Virus record (IMG/VR): IMGVR_UViG_3300006056_003323
Direction: 5' to 3' (one strand)
DNA length: 20,000 bases
Source of the DNA: an uncultured virus (IMG/VR IMGVR_UViG_3300006056_003323)
Taxonomy: Duplodnaviria; Heunggongvirae; Uroviricota; Caudoviricetes
This document shows positions 9,020 to 17,217 of this stretch, piece by piece (position 1 is the first letter of the stretch; every line of letters starts with the position of its first letter). The notes under the pieces are model-generated. The model searched no databases. It was not told the origin of the DNA and worked only from the letters and a program-made list of their open reading frames with translations. A program made the translations under genes and the position numbers.

Positions 9020-9508
9020 ATGAGCAAGTCTCGAGGACCGCGGCAAGAGCCAGACGCGGTCGTCAAATTCACTCCGCCGCTGATCCCCAGCAAGGTCTCT
9101 GCTCCGGGATACTGGTCGCATCGAGGAGGCGTTCCGGTCGTCTACGGACGAGTCGAGGCGACGGACGCGAAGACCTACCTGTTCGCCTGCGATCAGAACG
9201 GCAAGGAGGTTGCCCCGTACTACAGCGCAGCGGTCGTCCGCTACGACTACCCGATCTCGGCCGCGGAGTTCCTTCGAGAGCTCGGGTATGCGTACAGGAG
9301 GCCCAAGGACGCGCGAGGACAGACGCAGCCGAGCTACGGAAGAGACATCGACGAGACCGCGATCGCCACCCCAAGAGGCGCGATTCGCCAGCGCGATCGA
9401 GAAGACAGTTGCAGCGCGGAGAGCAAGGTCCAGATCTCGACCATCGCCGGAGGCGTTGGTCTCTTGGTCGGAGTCACCGTCGGCTGGACCTTGGCCAAGC
9501 GTCAGTGA
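9020..9508 (+). CDS. Hypothetical protein with a C-terminal transmembrane anchor
   Basis: Ends ISTIAGGVGLLVGVTVGWTLAKRQ*; start at ATG 9020 or TTG 8996. Confidence 0.75.
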   Translation: MSKSRGPRQEPDAVVKFTPPLIPSKVSAPGYWSHRGGVPVVYGRVEATDAKTYLFACDQNGKEVAPYYSAAVVRYDYPISAAEFLRELGYAYRRPKDARGQTQPSYGRDIDETAIATPRGAIRQRDREDSCSAESKVQISTIAGGVGLLVGVTVGWTLAKRQ

Positions 9509-9535
9509 TCTGCATCTGAAGCGTGTTGATTCACT

Positions 9536-9564
9536 TTGACTCAAGGCGCTGCGCGGTCTAGCGT
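9536..9564 (+). promoter_or_regulatory. Sigma70-type promoter for the radical SAM gene
   Basis: TTGACT (9536-9541), 17-nt spacer, TAGCGT (9559-9564); ATG at 9575. Confidence 0.6.
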
Positions 9565-9574
9565 TGCGCTCGCA

Positions 9575-11128
9575 ATGAGCGAAAACACGACGAAGAAGCT
9601 AAGGATCCACAATGTTCGTTTCGGGAGGGCGACGAACAGCAGCTCGTCGCACTCGATCGTTGTCCTCCCGCGGGGCGCGACCGAGGCGGATCAGATCGAC
9701 TCCGACGGCAGCTACGGATGGAACGGGTTCCAGCTCGCGACGAAGGAGAGCAAGCGCAACTACCTGGCCACGCAGGTGTTCTTGACCATGAGGGAGTTCG
9801 TGCCAGAAGACATCGCGTGGCACGCCGCAGCGAAGTGGGTTGGGGCTATCGGGGTTCCTGGAGATCACCGCGAGGAGATGAAGGACGACACCGATCTGGA
9901 TGTCGGAGGGGTCGACCACCAAAGCGTCATGCTGCTCCCTCTCGCATGGCCTTCTCCCTACGAAGGAAGGCCGCATCCACGGGGGATCGACATCGAATTC
10001 CTTCGAGACTTCTCCGCGTGGATCGAACAAGAAAACGTAGTCATTTGCGGAGGAAACGACAACACGGAAGAAGACGACCCGCCTCTGAAGGAAGAGGGCA
10101 AAAAGTTCGAGTATCCTATCGGGTACTCCCCGCGCGTCGGCTTCGATCACTACCTCGCACGAAAGGACGGAAGCTACTGGACGCTCGTCAACGTGAGCGG
10201 CGGACACAAGATTCGCCTCTCGTTCGGAGACGAGATTGCGCCCGCTGCCGCATCTGCGCCAGAGCTCGTGGACCTCTCGATCACCGACTACTGTGACGAG
10301 GGCTGTGGATTCTGCTACCGAGGGAGCACTGTCCGCGGAAAGCACGCAGAGAAATCCGACATCGAAGGGATCCTCTGGGCGTTGGCTGAGCTGAAGGTCT
10401 TCGAGGTTGCGATCGGCGGAGGTGAGCCGACGACGCATCCGCTCTTCTTCCAGCTGCTCTCGAGAATTCGCCGAATGGGCATGATGCCAAACTTCACGAC
10501 GAGGAAGCTCGAGTGGTTGAACGATTTCAAGAACGTAAAAGACGTCCTCGACGCGGGCGCCGCTTTCGCCTTCTCCGTGCACAACGCGGAAGACGTGCAC
10601 AGGCTCTCGGAAGCCATCGGGAAGACCGGATGCGAGGGACAGCTGAATGTGTCCATGCAGCACGCGCTCGGCTCGCTCGATAACGAGGAGGGGTTCGCGG
10701 AGCTGATCCGGGCGGCAGAGGAGACAGCGTTCCCGCTGACTTTGCTCGGGTACAAGAACACTGGACGCGGACGGGCGTTCGGAGAGAAGCCGTCGTCGCG
10801 ATGGCTCGACATCATCGAGGAGTCGAACCGAGCCAAGAAGCGCTACGGATCATGGGTCGGGATCGACACCGTGATCGTGGAGCGGTACGCAGAGGAGCTC
10901 GACAAGAGGGGCGTTCCCGGCATCCTCAGGACCCGAGGAGAAGGAAACTTCTCCTGCTTCATCAACGCGGTGTCGATGCGGTTGCACGCCAGCTCTTTTG
11001 ATGGATCGGAGGGAATCGACCTGCGTGAACCAAACGACTGTAGTGGGAGACCTGGAGGAACGAGCAAGAAGATCGTGCAACAGTCTTTCCTCGCGGCTCA
11101 GAAGGCCGCAGCAGAAAAAGCTCGCTGA
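9575..11128 (+). CDS. Radical SAM protein with an N-terminal 'TNSSSSHS' domain
   Basis: CDEGCGFC (CxxxCxxC), GGGEPT and PNFTT motifs; N-terminal RFGRATNSSSSHS motif of a type seen in phage proteins. Confidence 0.92.
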   Translation: MSENTTKKLRIHNVRFGRATNSSSSHSIVVLPRGATEADQIDSDGSYGWNGFQLATKESKRNYLATQVFLTMREFVPEDIAWHAAAKWVGAIGVPGDHREEMKDDTDLDVGGVDHQSVMLLPLAWPSPYEGRPHPRGIDIEFLRDFSAWIEQENVVICGGNDNTEEDDPPLKEEGKKFEYPIGYSPRVGFDHYLARKDGSYWTLVNVSGGHKIRLSFGDEIAPAAASAPELVDLSITDYCDEGCGFCYRGSTVRGKHAEKSDIEGILWALAELKVFEVAIGGGEPTTHPLFFQLLSRIRRMGMMPNFTTRKLEWLNDFKNVKDVLDAGAAFAFSVHNAEDVHRLSEAIGKTGCEGQLNVSMQHALGSLDNEEGFAELIRAAEETAFPLTLLGYKNTGRGRAFGEKPSSRWLDIIEESNRAKKRYGSWVGIDTVIVERYAEELDKRGVPGILRTRGEGNFSCFINAVSMRLHASSFDGSEGIDLREPNDCSGRPGGTSKKIVQQSFLAAQKAAAEKAR

Positions 11129-11149
11129 GCCAAGAGAGCAGGACGAAAC

Positions 11150-11545
11150 GTGTCGGCACATCTTCGAGAAGAGCGGTTTTTTCGCAAGGTCTTCTTGGCG
11201 ATGATCGCGAACGGCATGCAGCTGATCGAGGCGTCCTCTCTCCGGGACGCTCGAAACGCGGAGCCTCTTCGCGCCAGGTACGAGCGTTGGGCCGGCAGCG
11301 AGCCGTCAGAGGCTTGCGAAGAGATCCTATGCGCCCTGCGCGCAGACCCGCTGAACGGCTGCTGCGACGCCCTGCAGCGAGCGCAGACGTGGTTGCTCTC
11401 GACCGGTCTCGGGCGATCCTACGACGGGCTCGAGACCTTCGAGCCGACGCTCTCAAAGGCGGACGCAGAGCGCGAGCTCGAGCCGCTCGACCCTCGAGAG
11501 CGAGCGATGCTTCGAGACCTGGCCAGAATCATCTGCGCCTGCTGA
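11150..11545 (+). CDS. Hypothetical protein
   Basis: 131-aa ORF directly downstream of the radical SAM gene; AGGA upstream of GTG. Confidence 0.6.
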   Translation: MSAHLREERFFRKVFLAMIANGMQLIEASSLRDARNAEPLRARYERWAGSEPSEACEEILCALRADPLNGCCDALQRAQTWLLSTGLGRSYDGLETFEPTLSKADAERELEPLDPRERAMLRDLARIICAC

Positions 11546-12512
11546 TCACAAGCATCCCCGCGGCTCCCGCAGCCGCGCCGGCCAAGAGAGACGCCGCGGA
11601 GCGAGCCCTCGAGGACGACACTCCGCGAGAAGGAACGTGGGAATACGGGTCAACGACTGCCATCCAGTCCTCGTCCGTCTTCTTGTTCTCTGTCTCGTTC
11701 AGATAATCGATGCACGCCTCGGAGATCGAGAGCCTGAAGTCGTCCGCTGTTTTCGAGGCAGTCACAAAGACGTCCCTGCGATAATCGCTCTCGCTGGAAA
11801 ACGTCTTCTTCGATGCCGACGCATGGGCGATCGACTCGGCGGCGAAGGTCACAACGCCATCCGCCGCGCTCTCTGGAGACCTCGAAAAAACGAGTCCGGC
11901 CAGATGGAAGGCAGAGCTTGCGGCAAAAAACGAAGCGTTGGCTTGGGCAAGCTTCTCGAGGTCGCCAGATCGAAGTCGATCCATGTTCCAGTCAACCCTC
12001 TTGCGAATCCTCGAGATCACGATGGCGGCTTCGTCTGAAGTCGCTTCCGCTCCTTTTTTTGCCTCGAGCACCGACCGGTCGTCAGCGTCACCGAGAGCCC
12101 AGCTCTCGACCACGGACACGCAGATCCTCGGCCTGTCGTCGAGCCTCGACGGACGATCTCCGACGAATCTCTTGGCGTACGGGAGAGCGGACGATGCCAC
12201 TCGCGCGGCGCACCACACGCCGAGCTGGCGGTTCCATTCTGTGATCTCTGAGAGCGTCGACGTCGCCGACCATCTTCTCTTCGCCCAGATTGCGGCGGCT
12301 TCGATGGCGCTGACCGCGCGACCCTCGCTTACGAAGTTCTCGTATCGCGTATCGAGCATGAAGGGCAGACTCTCGTAGCTCTCCGCCCTCTCGGGACGAA
12401 GACGCATCGCTCGAAGAACGTGCTCGAGGCTCGCTGGGCCCTTCACGACAAACTTCATGACAGCGTCCCATGAACGCTGAAAGATCATCGGGTACTGCGG
12501 ATGCCTGTCCAT
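11529..12512 (-). CDS. Imm-5-like helical protein, array paralog 4, with C-terminal TM anchor
   Basis: Start MDRHPQY coupled to the upstream stop (TGATG). LGVWCAARVASSALPY...DDRPRICVSVVESWALG resembles Imm-5-like WAADCAERVLP..DDRPR.AIEAARAWARG. Ends AASLLAGAAAGAAGMLVISRRR. Confidence 0.75.
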   Translation of the reverse strand: MDRHPQYPMIFQRSWDAVMKFVVKGPASLEHVLRAMRLRPERAESYESLPFMLDTRYENFVSEGRAVSAIEAAAIWAKRRWSATSTLSEITEWNRQLGVWCAARVASSALPYAKRFVGDRPSRLDDRPRICVSVVESWALGDADDRSVLEAKKGAEATSDEAAIVISRIRKRVDWNMDRLRSGDLEKLAQANASFFAASSAFHLAGLVFSRSPESAADGVVTFAAESIAHASASKKTFSSESDYRRDVFVTASKTADDFRLSISEACIDYLNETENKKTDEDWMAVVDPYSHVPSRGVSSSRARSAASLLAGAAAGAAGMLVISRRR

Positions 12513-13609
12513 CAGGTTTTTGCCTTCTTGATCACCGCCAACGCCGCCGCTCCGACAGCTGCGCCGATCAGCATGGGAGCTGCCGCAGATCGAGAAGAGG
12601 CCCCGCGAGACGGAAGCGTGGCAGCGTAGGAAACTTCGTCGTCGAGCTCGTCTTGAGTCTTGTCGCGAAGGGAAAAGTCCTCGCACGTCTCCGCGGCGAT
12701 GCGCCTCGCGATCGCTTCAAACTTTGAGAATGCTGTATTGTATGAATGCTCCATCTTGGAGCTGAGCTCGTCGGAGCTGAGGCGTCCCAAAGAGTCGATG
12801 CCGTCTGATAGAATGCCATCAGAGTATGCACTCTGCGCGCTCCTGATAACCGAGTACGCAGAGTAGTCATCGTACCCGGAGCAGACACCCAACAGCTGCA
12901 GCAGCGACTCAGCGGCGTATTGCCTTGCCGCGAACTTGTGAAATACCTTAAAGTCTTTCGGAGTCTCAGCGCTCCTCTTGACGTTGAGTCGGCGCTCTTT
13001 GCTTGCCTTCGATTTGGCGCAGCCAGCAGCCGTCGCCAAAGACGACATCCAGGTCATGGCTTCATAAACCATGTGCTTGTCGACAACGCCATTGGCTGAA
13101 GCGTATGCGATGTCGATCGCTGATGACGCGATGCCTGATGGGGCATCCTTCCAGTTTCTCAGCTCTCGGAAAAGACTCTCAGTACGCCGAATCGCATCCT
13201 TGGGTCTACGAGATCCTTTTGCAGAGTCGATAGCGTCAGTCTTGCACTCCGAGAAGAATGGAAGAGACGTAGTCTTGACAAGACGAAGCACTGTCTCGCG
13301 AACGACTCTGCAACAGATCAGAGAGCCTAGTCCGTGGTTCCAGTGTGTGATGAAGCCGATCGATTCGGCAGCATCTGATGATGTTGATTTCGAACTTTGC
13401 AACCACTGTGACGCGGTGATAATCGCGGGCTCGATGAGTCCGGCGTCCTCGAAATCTTTCAGACCAGGCGCCTGGGAAGGCGTTTTCGAGCCTGTCATCG
13501 CGATCGACATCAGCAGCGTATCCAGATCGTCTGGATCATGTCCTGATTTTACAAGCTTGTCGAAGCTAGAGAGCGGCACGAACGGGTAGTCTGGGTGTCT
13601 GTCTTTCAT
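12512..13609 (-). CDS. Array paralog 3 (diverged Imm-5-like) with C-terminal TM anchor
   Basis: MKDRHPDYPFVPLSSFD; ITHWNHGLGSLICCRVV; RRPKDAIRRTE; ends PMLIGAAVGAAALAVIKKAKT. Confidence 0.75.
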   Translation of the reverse strand: MKDRHPDYPFVPLSSFDKLVKSGHDPDDLDTLLMSIAMTGSKTPSQAPGLKDFEDAGLIEPAIITASQWLQSSKSTSSDAAESIGFITHWNHGLGSLICCRVVRETVLRLVKTTSLPFFSECKTDAIDSAKGSRRPKDAIRRTESLFRELRNWKDAPSGIASSAIDIAYASANGVVDKHMVYEAMTWMSSLATAAGCAKSKASKERRLNVKRSAETPKDFKVFHKFAARQYAAESLLQLLGVCSGYDDYSAYSVIRSAQSAYSDGILSDGIDSLGRLSSDELSSKMEHSYNTAFSKFEAIARRIAAETCEDFSLRDKTQDELDDEVSYAATLPSRGASSRSAAAPMLIGAAVGAAALAVIKKAKT

Positions 13610-13612
13610 GGC

Positions 13613-14314
13613 TCACCTCGCTGGGAATCTCAAGCAAGCTTCTGCGACGACGCTTCGGAGTCTGAGCATCTCCGATGCTTTGCAGCTCAAGAACTCTTCG
13701 TCGTCTTCATCGCCGCCATCGTCGCACAGGGCAGCAGCCACGTATCTGGAGACAGACGAAACTCCGGAAGGGTCAGGAGACCGCCAGATGAGCGCAGCCG
13801 ACTCCATCGCTGCTGACAATGATGTCTGCTCGGCGTAAGAACGAAGTGTTGCCTGAAAACGAGACACCTCTCTGACCATGGCACGAATCTTCTCGTGTGG
13901 CATGGAGCCTCGAGATGCAACCCATTCCTCCGTGAGACCGATGAGAGATTTTGCCCGGTTCTGTCTGTCTGGGCAAAGCAGCAGCGCTTCCTTCGACACG
14001 GCGCATGCGCACCAAATACCGAGAAGCATGTTCCAGCTCGCAACGCCATCGAGAGCGGCCTCTGCGTCTGGCTGAGCCATGACCCACTGCGCGATCGTCT
14101 GCAGCGCAGCGTCGAAGAAGCCTGCGCTCTGCGTCCATAGGAACAACAGGGAGTGCGGCGTGCCGCTGACGCCGTACCTCTTCGCTACGTCCTCAGCCTC
14201 GTCTGGGTCGACCACAAACGCGCAGAGGACCTCGTCGAGCGATCCAGACTCGACGAACGCCTTGTACGATCGGTCGTCGATGTGCGTGTAGATCTCGTGC
14301 ATCCTCGGCTTCAT
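13613..14314 (-). CDS. Array paralog 2 (Imm-5-like), no TM tail
   Basis: VVDPDEAED; VASWNMLLGIWCACAVSKEAL; LTEEWV; ends VAEACLRFPAR. Alternative start at 14329. Confidence 0.75.
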   Translation of the reverse strand: MKPRMHEIYTHIDDRSYKAFVESGSLDEVLCAFVVDPDEAEDVAKRYGVSGTPHSLLFLWTQSAGFFDAALQTIAQWVMAQPDAEAALDGVASWNMLLGIWCACAVSKEALLLCPDRQNRAKSLIGLTEEWVASRGSMPHEKIRAMVREVSRFQATLRSYAEQTSLSAAMESAALIWRSPDPSGVSSVSRYVAAALCDDGGDEDDEEFLSCKASEMLRLRSVVAEACLRFPAR

Positions 14315-14370
14315 GCAAGAGCCGATCATACACGACCGAAGGACGGAACGCAGCGCAGAGGCGCCGCTGG

Positions 14371-15117
14371 CTACCGCGGGAAGCGAAGCAGCGCAGAGGC
14401 GATCCTTGCCGCGACCTTCGCCTCAGCTTTCGGGCGAAGCGTCGCGTCTCGAGATCGCACCACCGCTTGTCTGACACTATCCGCGGGGCTCACTTCTGCC
14501 ATCGAGTCAACCACCAGCTGCCTGCCTACGGAGGCTGCCTCCCTGCCCTGCCAAAGATCATCTCCACCGACGGCGATGGACAAAGATTCTGGCCCTACGT
14601 TCAAAACGGCATACTCGAAAGGCAGTTCCCCTTGGACCGGACCAGATTCGTCGAGAATCTGCTGTAGCCTGCTGTCCGAGATCGATCCTGTCGCCCAACC
14701 TTGAGCCTCGGTCAAGATCGAGCGCATCTCCGGAAGATCCCTGTAGATGAAGCACGACTTTGCCGCTTCACAGGCGACCCACATCCCCAGACGGACGTCG
14801 AAAACAGTGATGTCAGAAAGCGAGTTTTCAACAGATCGATCTTGCAGAACCCACTGACGAATCGTGAGGAGCAATCGATCGACCTCTGCCGAGCCGTAGC
14901 TCTGAAACCACTGAACATCGAACCCTGGACGACGCCTAAATTTGCTGGCTGACGTTGTCATCCACTCGGAAAAGGCGTCGTCGGCCTCGTCGGGATCGAC
15001 CACGAGCGCGAACAGCAGCGTCTGCAGACGCTTCGGGTCGTCACCGACGATGCAGGCGTCGTACGACTTCTGAGGGATCTCCGTAAAGTACGGATGCCTT
15101 GGGTACGTGCTCGACAT
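14371..15117 (-). CDS. Array paralog 1 (Imm-5-like), no TM tail
   Basis: PRHPYFTEIPQKSYD; VVDPDEADD; ITVFDVRLGMWVACEAAK; EAQGWATG; ends IASALLRFPR. Confidence 0.75.
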   Translation of the reverse strand: MSSTYPRHPYFTEIPQKSYDACIVGDDPKRLQTLLFALVVDPDEADDAFSEWMTTSASKFRRRPGFDVQWFQSYGSAEVDRLLLTIRQWVLQDRSVENSLSDITVFDVRLGMWVACEAAKSCFIYRDLPEMRSILTEAQGWATGSISDSRLQQILDESGPVQGELPFEYAVLNVGPESLSIAVGGDDLWQGREAASVGRQLVVDSMAEVSPADSVRQAVVRSRDATLRPKAEAKVAARIASALLRFPR

Positions 15118-15129
15118 GGGAGCCCGCCC

Positions 15130-15717
15130 TCAGCCGCCGCCGAGCCGCGCTCGCTCGATCTCGTCCTTGCGGTCCTCGACCACGCAGTGCTTCACCGCCG
15201 CGAGGACGGCGCCGAGCATCAAGCCAGTCCCCGCCGCGCGCACCTGGCAGCCATAGCGGGTCGCCCCGAGCCAGTAGACGAGGGCACCGGCGACGCCGAT
15301 CACGGGAAGCGTCTTCTCGGTACCCACGAGGCCAGAGACCGCGCCCACGCCGATCATCGTCCCGACGTTCTGCGGCGTCACCCGCTTGCCGCAGGAGAGC
15401 CCAACCTGCTCGGGCTCTCCTGCGGCAAGCGGCGCGAGCGTGCGGGGGGTTGGCGGAGATGCCGGAGCGGCCTGCCCGGACGCCCGACGACCCTCCTCGA
15501 GGGCCGGGAGGCGCCGCTCACGAAGCTTCTCTTTCCACAGGAGCCGGTTGAAGCCCGTGAAGACCGGCCGACGGTCGATCACGAGAACCGGAAAGCTCTT
15601 CAGCTCCGGACGATGCGTGTGAGGCACCTCTTGGAACGGGATCCCCTGCTCCAACAGGAACTTCTTCGCTTGGGCGCAGGCGCCGCAGCCGCCCATCGTG
15701 ACAACTTCCACACTCAT
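15130..15717 (-). CDS. Glutaredoxin/NrdH-like redoxin fused to a C-terminal membrane domain
   Basis: VVTMGGCGACAQAKKFL..GIPF.E, SFPVLVI and GFN match the Grx/NrdH pattern; Pro/Ala linker followed by 2-3 hydrophobic segments. Confidence 0.85.
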   Translation of the reverse strand: MSVEVVTMGGCGACAQAKKFLLEQGIPFQEVPHTHRPELKSFPVLVIDRRPVFTGFNRLLWKEKLRERRLPALEEGRRASGQAAPASPPTPRTLAPLAAGEPEQVGLSCGKRVTPQNVGTMIGVGAVSGLVGTEKTLPVIGVAGALVYWLGATRYGCQVRAAGTGLMLGAVLAAVKHCVVEDRKDEIERARLGGG

Positions 15718-15787
15718 GATGGAAAGAATACACGGGGCGAGACGGCTCGTCGACGGTCACGAGACGCAGAGAAACACCAAGGAGAAG

Positions 15788-16978
15788 CTATTGCTGGCCC
15801 CTCTTCAGCGAAGCCCGCTGCTCCGCCGCGAGCGCCCTAGAGCGCAGCCGAATCGGCACATCCCCCTGCTCGATCCTCAGCAGCATCAGCTTGTCGACCG
15901 CGTCTCGAACGTCCGATGACGTCATGTCGTGAAAAGGATTCGCAGATCCGACGCTGTTCAGCGCCAGCAAGTGCTCCTCGGAAAGATCGAAGTACACCGA
16001 GAGAGCCGACCGGCCCGACAACTCTTTCCTGGCGATGATCTGCGCCGCGCGGAAGATGAACGCTTCCGTAGGTGCGATCATCAGCCCGGAGTAGTCATCC
16101 ACTGGCGCGCGCAGCGGCAGAACCACGGTCTCCAGAGAGAACGCCCCGCAGTCGAGCAAGACGCAGTGGAACAAAAAACCAAGCGAAGAGGCGAACAGAT
16201 ACTCTTCCCCGCGATCTAGCATAGCCTCGTGCGCGACGCACACGAGGCCCGTGCTGATCGCGTCCATAAGCCGGCGCTTGCTCTCCTTGCTCTCGTCCTC
16301 CTTTGGGATCAAGAAAAACCTGAAGATCGACGAAGTAACCTCGTCCCTGACGAAAGACCAAGCCTCGGGATCGCCGCTCTCTTCGAGAGCCAGCTTCGAC
16401 ACGAATTTCCACCGAGCTCTTCGGATTGCTTTTTGACGGAGCTTCGACAGCTCCATCGGCTCACACGAGATCTCTCTCATCTGACCGACGAGCTTCCTCA
16501 GCTTCTTCACAGGAACGCTCGAACTCTTGTCGACCGGGTATGCGCTCGGTCGAAGCGGCGAATGCGGCACCGGCTGCCGAGCGACGCCGTCGCTGAAGAC
16601 GACCTTGTCCTTCTTCTCTGTCTTGAGCGGATCCGGCTGCGTAACGGACAATGCGACCGGCGGATAGCCGTCGTCCGCCAACGCGCGCGGAGGAACAAAG
16701 GCTGGATCCGCCCTCGGCGTATCGAAGATCGACACCAGCGTTCGCGTGATGCCTCTGACGAGAAAGATCGCGCCCGGCGCGTCGTCGTGGATGAAGGCGT
16801 CGGCGCCGGCGGCCTCTCCGAAGTACCTCGCGTTCTTGCCGAGGTTGAAGAGGAAGCTGTGCGGCTTCTCGCAGTCCGGGGCGAAGCGCTCGAGGAAGCG
16901 ATCCACAGCGTGACCGCTGACTGCAGTCCATGCCGGACCTACATGGACTTTGCCTGGGCGATGGCGGATCAAAGGCAT
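15788..16978 (-). CDS. Hypothetical protein; N-terminal 'HAxxRxxER' domain
   Basis: AVSGHAVDRFLERF followed by a beta-rich segment (AIFLVRG..LVSIF). ATG at 16978; alternative GTG at 17050. Confidence 0.7.
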   Translation of the reverse strand: MPLIRHRPGKVHVGPAWTAVSGHAVDRFLERFAPDCEKPHSFLFNLGKNARYFGEAAGADAFIHDDAPGAIFLVRGITRTLVSIFDTPRADPAFVPPRALADDGYPPVALSVTQPDPLKTEKKDKVVFSDGVARQPVPHSPLRPSAYPVDKSSSVPVKKLRKLVGQMREISCEPMELSKLRQKAIRRARWKFVSKLALEESGDPEAWSFVRDEVTSSIFRFFLIPKEDESKESKRRLMDAISTGLVCVAHEAMLDRGEEYLFASSLGFLFHCVLLDCGAFSLETVVLPLRAPVDDYSGLMIAPTEAFIFRAAQIIARKELSGRSALSVYFDLSEEHLLALNSVGSANPFHDMTSSDVRDAVDKLMLLRIEQGDVPIRLRSRALAAEQRASLKRGQQ

Positions 16979-17093
16979 CCTCTCGCCGCGAGAGACCCTG
17001 CTGCCTCCGAGGCGACGGTGAGGGTTGCCTCTGTGCCGCTTGTCTTCCACCGGAAACCGCCTCTCCTCTGCTGCTCGACCGAACCTTTGGGTA

Positions 17094-17165
17094 CGGCACA
17101 GAAGGGAGTCGAACCCTCACCACGCGGGGTTAAAGCCCGCTGCTCTACCGTTGAGCCACTGCGCC
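17094..17165 (-). tRNA. tRNA with anticodon UUA (putative ochre suppressor); CCA not encoded
   Basis: Minus strand: GGCGCAG TG GCTC AACGGTA GAGC A GCGGG CT-TTA-AC CCCGC GTGGT GAGGG TTCGACT CCCTT CTGTGCC G. All four stems pair; T-loop and D-loop GG are canonical. Confidence 0.9.
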
Positions 17166-17217
17166 GATGGCACATCTGGCATGACGAAGTTCATTGGTCA
17201 ACAAGAAAGCAGGAGGC

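Noticed and set aside
7348..9093. 581-aa minus-strand ORF and other long alternative-frame ORFs (7329-8501, 6044-7129, 9599-10663, 16229-17359, 4834-5592)
   Set aside because: Arg/Pro-rich shadow ORFs typical of high-GC DNA, overlapping better-supported genes.
12513..12686. N-terminal extension of ORF 11529-12686
   Set aside because: It overlaps the upstream gene; paralog alignment and TGATG coupling put the start at 12512.
17094..17165. tRNA-Pyl, tRNA-Sec or ordinary tRNA-Lys
   Set aside because: It has a canonical 5-bp anticodon stem, a normal T-loop and a short variable loop; with a 7-nt loop the anticodon is UUA, not CUA, UCA or UUU.
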